From positions 9,523-73,522 of the forward strand of contig CAYHAM010000006.1 in the NCBI GenBank assembly GCA_964354685.1: DNA of 64,000 nucleotides, written 5' to 3'. The first letter of the stretch is position 1. Every line of letters begins with the position of its first letter. Shown one piece after another: positions 1 through 9,741 of this stretch. The translations under genes and the position numbers were made by a program. This DNA is from an uncultured Methanosarcinales archaeon. GTDB taxonomy: Archaea > Nanobdellota > Nanobdellia > Woesearchaeales > JAGVZT01. The notes beneath the pieces were generated by a model. It did not search any database, had not been told where the DNA came from, and saw only the letters and a program-made list of their open reading frames with translations.

Positions 1-3000
1 ATAAGCCAGACCTCCACTCTCCAAGAAGAAACCACCTCCTCTTTCAACATAACTTATAATCTCATCAACTTCAGAGGTGTCATTTAATATACCATTCAAC
101 ATATGATCTCCTAAACTCCACATAACAGCATCATATTCACTCATATTACTAGCATTGGGGCTTCCATTTGAGCTTGTGTTCCACTTGATATAAGAAACAT
201 CAATTGAGGTAATTGAACTAATCGCACTAGCAATCTCTTCATCATTGTTATCACTACCATGACCAGTTGTATCATCATCAACAACGATCATAAGACTCTT
301 ATCATCATCTGCCAAGAAAACACCCTCATTGCTTTCATTTTCATAACTGCTGGTAGTAACATTCACAGAAATATAATATCCTCCTTCAGATTCATTTAAA
401 TCAACAGCAAATGTGTAATTACCACTAGCATTTGTTATTCCGCTATTCTGCCAACTTCTTCCATCAAAGCTCCACATCATTAGAGAGATATTAGCGTTGT
501 TAACTGCTTGATCTGTTGAATCCATTACATTTATGGTTATATTAACACTCTGGTTGGGTTTGACTAGTGCATACTCATAGCCATCCACCAATATATTAAC
601 ATCAATTCCTCTATATAATATGAATTCTTGTCTAAAATACCGTGTTTGGTTTAACCCATCCTGATCTGTGTAATTTACCTGCACAGTTGCATTATATGTT
701 CCTGGCGCAATATTCTTTGGTATAAACAAGCTTGCCAAAGTCACATTTGAATCAGACATATTCAACTCAGGTATCTGATAACTAATTGGAATAAACCACC
801 ATTGCTTTGTGTTGTTTTCAATGTAAAGTGACACATTGATAATATCCAAATCAAAGCCACCAATGTTTGCAACAGTAGCATTAACATAGTAAATCTCCTC
901 ATTTGCAACAACTGTTGGTAAGGTGTAGTAAGCATTAACCTCTGCAAGACCAACTCCAATTGTTACAACCTGTTGTTTTGTTATTATATTGTTTGTGTTT
1001 GGATCAGTGTAATTGACTTCAATTGTGAAGTTGTATTCACCCCTTGTTGCATTTGAGGTATTAGCCCTAAACTCTGTGTAATTTAAACCTCTGGCAAGAA
1101 CAGACACATTTCTGCTATAATAATCAACATTCCAATAGTTCCAAGCATCACCACCAGACTCATTGATTATTGCTATAATACTAATACTCACATTGAAACC
1201 TTTGCTAAACCATGTGTTATTTAATGTGGTGTTTATTATTGAGGTTTCATTCCAATCAACAGAAGGTGGTGTTGCTGTGCTGATGGGTACTATTGTTGAT
1301 ACTGTAAAGAAAGTTGTGTTGTAACTATAGGCTCCGCTTCCGTAAGTTGAGTTTATAAGCACAGTGTAATTACCAGCAGAAGCATTTGATGCAACACTTG
1401 TATTAAACCTAACACTGGTGTTAGAACTAGCTAACATAAAACTAACATTATCTTCAGGAGTCCATGAAATCAAGCTGTATGCTGAATCTAAAATTGAAAT
1501 ATTGACAGTGACATTTACATTTCTAGATTGATGTGTGTTCTCTATGGTTGTATTAATCCCTAGCAAACCCCCTGGTTCAAGCTCTGTTAGGTTTACAAAA
1601 ACAGACCTTGTGAATATATTTTTAGTTACATTAAACTCTTCATTTCTATAGAATGTTGAATCGCTCACAATTGCAGTTGCATTTATTGGGTAACCACCTA
1701 ATGATGAATTTGCAGGCACTGAAACATTGAAGTTTGTTGAATTATAACCATTAAAACCTATGTTTACGAGGGATGAGGAAGGTATAACTGTCCATGCATA
1801 ATCCCCAACAACAAGGCTAACATTAACACCTGAGGCAGGAACATTACCCACATTAGTTACATTTAGAGTAAATTCTGAATCAAGGCCAATCGGTGTTTGT
1901 TCAGGTGAGATTATATCCAACAATAATATTATATCCTCTTCTATCTCTAAAACAATCTGTCCTGTTTTGTTCTTGCTCCTACCATTTGGATCAGTATAAT
2001 AATATGTATAATTTATTGAATAATTGTCAGGTAATGCATTTAAGTACGATTCAGGTGATGTGATTGTAAATGATGTGGTATTTGAACCACTACCACCCAC
2101 ATTCAAAATTCGCTCACTTGGAGAAATTGTCCACAAAACTGTCACATCCGAACCTGTAGAGTTTAGAACAATAATGTCTGTTACGTTAAATTGTACAGCA
2201 GATGAGAATCCATTTGATATTGTTATGTTTAGCTCCGAGCTCTCATTGATACCAATACTTGTGGGAGTTAGTTGATCTGTCTTAGATATTCCCACAAGCT
2301 TCAAAGTAGTAGCACCATATCTAAGTGCACCTATATTCGTGATATTACCAGTAGCCTTAATTGTGTAAGCACCAAATGACGCACTCTCATTCACCTCATA
2401 ACCCCCGCCAGAGTTATTCCAACTCAGTACTACTGAATTGATTGGTGCAATATTAGTAACATTATTTATCTCACTCCCATTTGGGCCAAAATCTTGATCA
2501 ACCTGGCTTGAATCCAAGATATCAATCCATACGCTGACATTATAATAGTTTACATCATTTATATTAGTAACATTGACATTAATCCAATCAATGATATCAC
2601 CAGGCTCAAGCTCTGATTGAGACCTAGTCACTGTCAAACTTATATCCTCTGTAACCTCAAAATCATCAGAAACATTCAAATACTCGCGCTCATTGCCATC
2701 AAAATCAATACTCACATTGGCAGAGTAATTGCCAACAATTGTGTTGCTTGGAACACTAACTGTAAAAACAACGTCATCACTACTGTTAAAGCTGATATTT
2801 GTAGATTGATTCTCAGAAGGAGAAATATTCCAATTCATTTCAAAGCCGGTGCTATTGTAAATCTTTAGAGTGAGGTTTACATTACTCAAATTTACATTAC
2901 CTATGTTATTTATTGTGATAGTCACATCAGAATCAACTCCTTTAGGCATATCAGGAGCATTAATACTTGCCGATATATTTTTGTAAGCATTCATTGTAAT

Positions 3001-6000
3001 TGTTGAATTAGTGGTCTTCTGCTTTGAAAAACCATTTGGATCAGTGTAATTAACAATAGCTTTTATTGTATAAACCCCGCTCTCAACATCAACTGGGTTG
3101 TTTGGTGGAGTGATATCAATGATTGTTGAATTAACAGCTCTGCCGCTTACATTTAACAAAATATTTCTTGGTTCAATGGTCCATAGCCCAGTATCATTTT
3201 TGTTATAGAAATCCCAGACCTCTGTTGAAATATTAAACCCAACAAGTGATGAGAAATTATTTAGGATACTAATATTAAACCCAGCATTTTCAAATAAATC
3301 AATATCAGAAATATTTAATGAAGAGCTAGCATCAACCAGAACAATTTCAAAGCTTGTCTCATTATAAGTTTTAGCACCATAACCCCATGTTGAATTTACT
3401 TGAACAATATATGCGCCAGTATTAGAACCTGCAGCAATGTAATAACCAGCCGAGTTGTTGTTCCAGCTCACAATACTAAAGGATCCTGAAGTGATATTGC
3501 TCACATTTATCTCAGAATCCAAAGGTCCAAAACTCTGATCAACATAGCTGCTATCAAAAATATTAACACTTGAATTAACAACATAACTCTCCTCGCCAGT
3601 GTTGTTGATCGTTGCATTGATCCATTCAATAAGGTCACCTGCCTCATACTCGCTATGAGCTACTTGTATGCTTGTTATAAATATGTCTTGAGTAACATTA
3701 GAAAGAGTATAATTTGTTTTTGAGTAACTAGTGTAATTAGCAACAGCAGTTATATTGTACTCTCCTAAGATGGCATTAGCAGGAACTGTTATATTAAAAT
3801 GTGTCTGATTACTTTTATTCAATACAATATCAACAACCTGAACACTTGGAACTATTGTCCAGCTCATTAGACTGCTAGTTGAATTGTAAATCAGTAGAGA
3901 AACATTTACATCCTCAAGATAAACATTGGCTAGGTTGTTGATAGTTACATTTATCCGCTTGGTTAATGACAATGGCAGTCTGTTTGGAGCAAACACACCA
4001 ACAGAGTAGTCTATAGACTCATTCACCTCAACAAATTGTGTTGTGTGCTTTGTCTTTGTTCTTCCATTAGGATCTATATAAACAACACTTGCATTTATTG
4101 TGTAATTACCAGCTTTTGCCAAATCATTTTCAGAAGGTGATGTCACAACAAAGCTAATAGTATCATTGGTGTTTGCAGCAATTGTTTTGTTCTCAGGCAA
4201 AGCAGGATTAAAGCTCCATTCATCTGTAACATCACTACCATCCTGATAAGTAATATTTATTATTGTGACATTATAGTTAACAGCACTACTCCATACATTT
4301 GATATATTGACAATGAAATTCATTGATTCACCAGGTAGTATTAATGAGTCATTCACTGTTGAATTGATCACAACTTGCAATATCCTAAAGGTAGTATCCC
4401 TTGTGACAGAATCAAGGCTATCTGGAGTAGAGGTTGCTCTAACAGTATAATTACCCAAAACAGTATCTTGGTGAATCGTATAACCATACGAAGAATTATC
4501 AAAAACAGCTTTTGCTGTTTGCCCTGTTGCAATGCTTGTGTTTGTTATATTCTCATAATCCAATGGCCCAAAGCTCTGCTCTTGGCCAGTGCTATTGAAT
4601 ATATTTATGGTGGTTGTTATGTTATGTGTTGTCTTTGCGAGATTTTTTATGCTTACAGTTATATTACTCAAGTTGTCTCCTGGCTCAAGCTCTGTTTGAC
4701 TCAAATTAACTGAGGTGATATTTATTGCCTCTGTTACATTAACATACACAGAATCCTGGGAAGAGCTACCAGCAGTTGCACTTGTAACAACAGTTATATC
4801 AGTTACCCCAACAACATCTGCACTCACATTCCAGGTTGTGTTCTCGCTCTGACCATTGTTTAGATCGCTTATGTTATGTATGGGGTCACTATTTGGCAAA
4901 CTCAAAGCACCAGAAATAATAATCTGGGCTTGCACCCCTAATATATTACCATTAATAGCAGTTACTGTAGCGTTTGTTGTGAACAAATCCCCTTGATAAA
5001 TCTGTTGATACTCTTGTGGATCAAATACTGACACATTAGCTATTCCTGCCTTTGCTAATATAAACAAGTTCTGTGGATTTTTTATATCAATAAATGTCAA
5101 GTTTAAAGTAGAATGCTCAAACACAATCCAGCTATCATCAGGATCAAGTATCCATCCATTATTCTCATAATAGCATTCGTACCTAATCTTAATCTCATCA
5201 TTATCATTAACATAATCTGACAAATCCCCAGAAATACCATACCTATCACTCACCTCATTACCACCATCATTTGTCCTCAAGTTGCCAATATCATCCCATG
5301 AGTTGCCTGTGTTGTTCCATAACTCCACATCCTGATCGCCCTGGGGAGCACCCTCAGCAGAGTCACCATCACAACCAGCAGGACTACCATCTGATCCATC
5401 ATGACAATAAACCAACATAAATGTCATATTTGTTATCAAATACTTAGACACATCCAATGAACTAATATCAAACACAAAAACACCATAACCATGAATGGTT
5501 CCTGTATCTGTTATGTCTCCAAAATACCAATAGTCGTTGTTATTAGCCCAGGTGTTTGAATAGTTGCCTCCACTCAACTGGAAAGATCCTGTGAGCTCTG
5601 AGCCGGCATCAGCAGTCTCAGGGCCAGTCAGATTCTGATTTAGGCCTTTGAATATGTAATAATCATTAACACTTGTGTTTAAAGTGAAGTTATTCAAAAT
5701 AGATACTCCAGAACTAACACTAGTCTCATCCCAAGTTATAACCCTATCATTGGCTATCCACCTACCATCACCAACATCTATGACATTCCAATTAGATGGA
5801 ACATAAACACTTGGATCTGCTCTATCTGTTAGTGTTGTTGTGCCAATGTTTGTTGAATTAAAAATAAATAACTCTGCTTCTCCCACATCCCTTGTTCTGT
5901 TGATAATATCAAATTCATAAGTTCCACCACTTTTAACAACAGTACTGTTTGGTCCTTCTGTGCTATAATTATAATTGCTTGCAACATCAAGGAACCTTGC

Positions 6001-9000
6001 TGTTGAATTAAACCAATAAACACCAGTAGTTGATTGGTTTGAATAATATCTAACCAAGGAATAATTTATATCTTGGATAGTGCCCACATCCCAAAACACT
6101 GTATCAGCTGTCATGTTTGACACACCGCCATCCAATGGACTTACATTACCATTTGTAAACCAGCTTGTGTCAAGATACTCTGTCAAATTTGTGTTGTAAG
6201 CAGGATCATTTCCATAATTGTATATATAAAATCTAACTAGCATATTTATGTTATTACCAACAAAAGGAGGTATTTCCCTTATTATCACCAAAAGTGGTTT
6301 AGAGCCCATCTCTATGTCAGTTGTTGTGATCTTTGTTGCAGTTATTGAATTTGGATCTGTGAACTCAACTGTAGAATTGATGTTGTAAACACCTGTTGAA
6401 CTATTTACAGTCACTAAGAATTGTCTTGAACTCTGAGAAGAGCTTGCTAAAGAGCTTATTGACTGACTTGTTGGAGACACCCTCCATGTTTGTGGGATAT
6501 CAGGTGTGATAGCAAGATTAGTTATTGTGTTTGCATAGTTATTGGTTATAGTTACAGTCAGTGTTGTTGTGCCATCAGGGCTTATTGGGTTTGGGTTAAA
6601 GTCAGATGTTATTTGTAACTCAACTGTTTTTACAGTGTCATCTCCACCAGAAGTTCTGTTACCATATTGATCCTCATAAATAGAATCAACATCCAAAGTG
6701 TCAATGCCAGATGTGTTTGAAGTCGCATTAAATGTTAGATTCATTGTTGAATCCATGTACAAAGGCCCACCAATATCTTGCCACTCAATTATTCTCAAGC
6801 TATCATTATAAACCCCTCCATTTGAGATGGTGCTCTCATCAACAACATAATTTGTTGGAATTGTTACATTAACATAATGTACATCACTCATATTATCCTC
6901 TCCATTGTTTGTCAAAATTAAAGTTAGCCTTGTCACATAATCCATTGTTATCTCAGATGGAACTATACTAAAGACCATGTTTGCCCTACCTTTGGCAAGC
7001 ACCTTAATATCCCTTAGGTCATTGGCACTACTTATAGAGGGAGGGGTTCTCTCATCAGACCAATTGGCAGTTGCATTGAATGCGTTCACAAATGTCTTAT
7101 CATCAAAGCATATAGGTGATGTTAAATTATAAAAAACCATTTGTTGCTCATTTGGTTGCAAAACCAAATTTTTCCAGGAGATTTTTCTAGTTGTGGAATT
7201 GTAACTAACATTTGAGAAATTTCCTTGTGTTATTGTGCTTGTGTTAACAGTGAAGTACGGCGAAGGCCCACTACAAGAATCATCAGTTATATCTTGTGTC
7301 AAATTGATTAGCACAGCTGTATCTGTAAATGTGTTTGAGAGTGTTATATTAAATTGATAGCTTGTATCAGAGCTAACTGCAGTTAGAACATTCTGAGACA
7401 ATGTAACATTTGTAACACCAAAGCTTCTCACAAACAACTCCTGCTCATTCCAATTCCTCAAGGTATAATTCCATCTATACTTAATTTCCCTAACTGTCAA
7501 ATTGGCTATTATGTTACATGCGCATGAACCAAAACCACATTGTTGGGTAGAGGTTGCACTGAATCTCAACCTATAATCATGGTTATCCTCTGTTATCAAA
7601 TCAACCTCTCCAAATGTTCTATTCGACCAACCATTAAAATCATTATTGGTTCCACTCTTATCAGAAATATTAAACAACCTTTTCAGCTGGTCATTGTCAT
7701 TATAAACATCAACATCATCATAATAAGTAGTTAGCGTATCTCCTGCACCAATTGTTGTATCCCAGAAAACAGAGGTGTTGAAAACCTGGATATACTTTTC
7801 AATAGCATCTGAAGGGGGTGTATTGTTAAATGTGTAACTCTCAGTTGTCTCATTGGTTACACTTGCTGAACATACTGCAAAGAAAACTGCAGTATCAGAA
7901 TCACTACCATAAATCCCCCAATCAGGAGCAATATTATCAGTATAACCTTGGCTCAAAAACTCTTGATCATAAGAGCCTTTTATTGTTATTGAGTAAGCAG
8001 CACTCTCATTCACAATTGCACTGAAATTTAACAAAGCAGTTCCACCAACTGCTATGCTACTACTCAGACTCCATGTAATTGACCTATTGGTTGAGTTCCA
8101 AGTTCCGCCACCGAAGTCTGTTATATTCCAATTGTTATCTGGGAAGGTAATTCTAACAAAACTACCTGCTGCAATTGTGGATGCGCCAATGTTTTTCACA
8201 CTAATATTAAACAAAATAATTTCATTGAAGTCAAACTCATCCGGAGTAATATTGAATTGATATGCAGGGTTAGAAGTCACATTAACAACAAATGCTTGGC
8301 TCTCATTCACTGTAAACCAACTATTAGTGGAGTTCTGGTACTTACCATACCATCTAAAACTACCAATGCCAGAACTATTTGATGTAATAACGTATTTAAC
8401 TGTCTTATAATAATCGGGGTATATATCTCCCAAAACAAATATCAAATTATTGCCAACTTTAGAACCACTTCCATTATCAACAACCGTCCATCCAGGCATT
8501 GTCTCATTTATTGTGACATTGTAAGCAGTAATGTCTCCTTTGTTGTAAACAGCAAGCAAAACGGTAAAGTTCGTGTTAGCCCCAACACTGCTGGGGACAC
8601 TCCTTAAAACAGACAGGTTTATAGCTCTAGTACCAGCCCCCTCACCGACCTCAAACAACTGCTCTGAAAGCCTTGGCACAATCCATTCAACCCTGTCAAT
8701 AGCACCATTGTCATCAGAATCGAAAAACATGACATTATATTCTGGATTATATGTTATATCCCTTGAAAATCCGCCAATAACATGATACAATCTTGGATCA
8801 ACTATATCTTCAGGAATATCTGTAAATGTCTTAACATTATAATAATGTATTGAAGCATTCGAATAGACCAAAACTTGTTTAAACCTATCCAACCTATTAA
8901 TACTGCTCTCTCTTTTCTGAGGAGGCTCTAGTGCCAATCTCTCATAAGTATAACCCCCAAGCAAATTCTTTTTGACTTTTATAATCTCTACAGGTTTGTT

Positions 9001-9726
9001 AATCTCTATATCCCCTTCTATTATCAATAAGGAATCATCCACTTTGGTTGTGGTAACACCTTCTGCAAAACTTCCGATCTCCTTCACCAAGGACTCGTTT
9101 ACCAAAACACCTTCTTTTGAAGTGTCAATCAACTTCTCAACATCATAACTATTAGCTTTTACCTGTGAATTCAATAGCACATTGCCTGACACAGCTTCTC
9201 TAAACTCAGGCATAACCATACCCAAAACAAATAATAGCAAAACAAAACTAAAACCAACTAAACTAATTGTTTTGGCAACTGTATTGGACTTTGTTTTATT
9301 TTCAGCATTTTCAATTAAGTTGTGCAGATATTTACACTCATCATAAAACTCTCTTTTAAAACCTTCAGATAAGTTATTATACTCAGAACAAATCTTATTA
9401 TAAATAGAAGAGGCCAATCCAACCTCTCCTTTATCCAAATGATGATATGTTTTATCAATAAGACTATAAATATAATCTCTATGCAGTACTTCTATTAATT
9501 CCTGCTTTGTCCTGGTCCTCTTAACACTTTTGGCAAGCTCTTTATCATCAAGCGAATCCTTTATCCACTTGCTAATCGCAAAGTTGAAGTAATAATTGAA
9601 AACATCATTATCTATATTAGCCAAGAACCTCTTCAACTCTAGAAGATTGTTTATCATAACACCCTCAATCTCCAAGCCCTTCTCGGCCTTGGTGTTCTCC
9701 ATCCACCATCTTTTTTGATTTTCCAT
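1..9726 (-). CDS. Giant membrane-anchored surface glycoprotein, partial (>3242 aa, 3' end outside window). Order: cytoplasmic DUF5752-like and helical N-terminus, one TM helix, many DUF11/CARDB/MG2-like Ig repeats, jelly-roll insert, GATase-I-like extracellular domain
   Basis: Not in the ORF track because there is no stop in the window. Hand translation from ATG 9726 gives MENQKRWWMENTKAEKGLEIEGVMINNLLELKRFLANIDNDVF..., TM ISLVGFSFVLLLFVLGMVM and DSDDNGAIDRVEWIVPRLSEQLFE. The same frame reads ...IISYVERGGGFFLESGGLAY at the window start. Sampled segments were open, and a premature stop would have produced a listed ORF. Confidence 0.9.
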   Translation of the reverse strand, partial: MENQKRWWMENTKAEKGLEIEGVMINNLLELKRFLANIDNDVFNYYFNFAISKWIKDSLDDKELAKSVKRTRTKQELIEVLHRDYIYSLIDKTYHHLDKGEVGLASSIYNKICSEYNNLSEGFKREFYDECKYLHNLIENAENKTKSNTVAKTISLVGFSFVLLLFVLGMVMPEFREAVSGNVLLNSQVKANSYDVEKLIDTSKEGVLVNESLVKEIGSFAEGVTTTKVDDSLLIIEGDIEINKPVEIIKVKKNLLGGYTYERLALEPPQKRESSINRLDRFKQVLVYSNASIHYYNVKTFTDIPEDIVDPRLYHVIGGFSRDITYNPEYNVMFFDSDDNGAIDRVEWIVPRLSEQLFEVGEGAGTRAINLSVLRSVPSSVGANTNFTVLLAVYNKGDITAYNVTINETMPGWTVVDNGSGSKVGNNLIFVLGDIYPDYYKTVKYVITSNSSGIGSFRWYGKYQNSTNSWFTVNESQAFVVNVTSNPAYQFNITPDEFDFNEIILFNISVKNIGASTIAAGSFVRITFPDNNWNITDFGGGTWNSTNRSITWSLSSSIAVGGTALLNFSAIVNESAAYSITIKGSYDQEFLSQGYTDNIAPDWGIYGSDSDTAVFFAVCSASVTNETTESYTFNNTPPSDAIEKYIQVFNTSVFWDTTIGAGDTLTTYYDDVDVYNDNDQLKRLFNISDKSGTNNDFNGWSNRTFGEVDLITEDNHDYRLRFSATSTQQCGFGSCACNIIANLTVREIKYRWNYTLRNWNEQELFVRSFGVTNVTLSQNVLTAVSSDTSYQFNITLSNTFTDTAVLINLTQDITDDSCSGPSPYFTVNTSTITQGNFSNVSYNSTTRKISWKNLVLQPNEQQMVFYNLTSPICFDDKTFVNAFNATANWSDERTPPSISSANDLRDIKVLAKGRANMVFSIVPSEITMDYVTRLTLILTNNGEDNMSDVHYVNVTIPTNYVVDESTISNGGVYNDSLRIIEWQDIGGPLYMDSTMNLTFNATSNTSGIDTLDVDSIYEDQYGNRTSGGDDTVKTVELQITSDFNPNPISPDGTTTLTVTITNNYANTITNLAITPDIPQTWRVSPTSQSISSLASSSQSSRQFLVTVNSSTGVYNINSTVEFTDPNSITATKITTTDIEMGSKPLLVIIREIPPFVGNNINMLVRFYIYNYGNDPAYNTNLTEYLDTSWFTNGNVSPLDGGVSNMTADTVFWDVGTIQDINYSLVRYYSNQSTTGVYWFNSTARFLDVASNYNYSTEGPNSTVVKSGGTYEFDIINRTRDVGEAELFIFNSTNIGTTTLTDRADPSVYVPSNWNVIDVGDGRWIANDRVITWDETSVSSGVSILNNFTLNTSVNDYYIFKGLNQNLTGPETADAGSELTGSFQLSGGNYSNTWANNNDYWYFGDITDTGTIHGYGVFVFDISSLDVSKYLITNMTFMLVYCHDGSDGSPAGCDGDSAEGAPQGDQDVELWNNTGNSWDDIGNLRTNDGGNEVSDRYGISGDLSDYVNDNDEIKIRYECYYENNGWILDPDDSWIVFEHSTLNLTFIDIKNPQNLFILAKAGIANVSVFDPQEYQQIYQGDLFTTNATVTAINGNILGVQAQIIISGALSLPNSDPIHNISDLNNGQSENTTWNVSADVVGVTDITVVTSATAGSSSQDSVYVNVTEAINITSVNLSQTELEPGDNLSNITVSIKNLAKTTHNITTTINIFNSTGQEQSFGPLDYENITNTSIATGQTAKAVFDNSSYGYTIHQDTVLGNYTVRATSTPDSLDSVTRDTTFRILQVVINSTVNDSLILPGESMNFIVNISNVWSSAVNYNVTIINITYQDGSDVTDEWSFNPALPENKTIAANTNDTISFVVTSPSENDLAKAGNYTINASVVYIDPNGRTKTKHTTQFVEVNESIDYSVGVFAPNRLPLSLTKRINVTINNLANVYLEDVNVSLLIYNSTSSLMSWTIVPSVQVVDIVLNKSNQTHFNITVPANAILGEYNITAVANYTSYSKTNYTLSNVTQDIFITSIQVAHSEYEAGDLIEWINATINNTGEESYVVNSSVNIFDSSYVDQSFGPLDSEINVSNITSGSFSIVSWNNNSAGYYIAAGSNTGAYIVQVNSTWGYGAKTYNETSFEIVLVDASSSLNISDIDLFENAGFNISILNNFSSLVGFNISTEVWDFYNKNDTGLWTIEPRNILLNVSGRAVNSTIIDITPPNNPVDVESGVYTIKAIVNYTDPNGFSKQKTTNSTITMNAYKNISASINAPDMPKGVDSDVTITINNIGNVNLSNVNLTLKIYNSTGFEMNWNISPSENQSTNISFNSSDDVVFTVSVPSNTIVGNYSANVSIDFDGNEREYLNVSDDFEVTEDISLTVTRSQSELEPGDIIDWINVNVTNINDVNYYNVSVWIDILDSSQVDQDFGPNGSEINNVTNIAPINSVVLSWNNSGGGYEVNESASFGAYTIKATGNITNIGALRYGATTLKLVGISKTDQLTPTSIGINESSELNITISNGFSSAVQFNVTDIIVLNSTGSDVTVLWTISPSERILNVGGSGSNTTSFTITSPESYLNALPDNYSINYTYYYTDPNGRSKNKTGQIVLEIEEDIILLLDIISPEQTPIGLDSEFTLNVTNVGNVPASGVNVSLVVGDYAWTVIPSSSLVNIGFNGYNSTNFNVSVPANSSLGGYPINATAIVSDSTFYRNEEFNVTKNIFTRSVFVNLTELEPGGLLGINTTIENTHQSRNVNVTVNISILDSAYSLISWTPEDNVSFMLASSNTSVRFNTSVASNASAGNYTVLINSTYGSGAYSYNTTFFTVSTIVPISTATPPSVDWNETSIINTTLNNTWFSKGFNVSISIIAIINESGGDAWNYWNVDYYSRNVSVLARGLNYTEFRANTSNATRGEYNFTIEVNYTDPNTNNIITKQQVVTIGVGLAEVNAYYTLPTVVANEEIYYVNATVANIGGFDLDIINVSLYIENNTKQWWFIPISYQIPELNMSDSNVTLASLFIPKNIAPGTYNATVQVNYTDQDGLNQTRYFRQEFILYRGIDVNILVDGYEYALVKPNQSVNITINVMDSTDQAVNNANISLMMWSFDGRSWQNSGITNASGNYTFAVDLNESEGGYYISVNVTTSSYENESNEGVFLADDDKSLMIVVDDDTTGHGSDNNDEEIASAISSITSIDVSYIKWNTSSNGSPNASNMSEYDAVMWSLGDHMLNGILNDTSEVDEIISYVERGGGFFLESGGLAY

Positions 9727-9741
9727 CTTACTTTTGTACAC

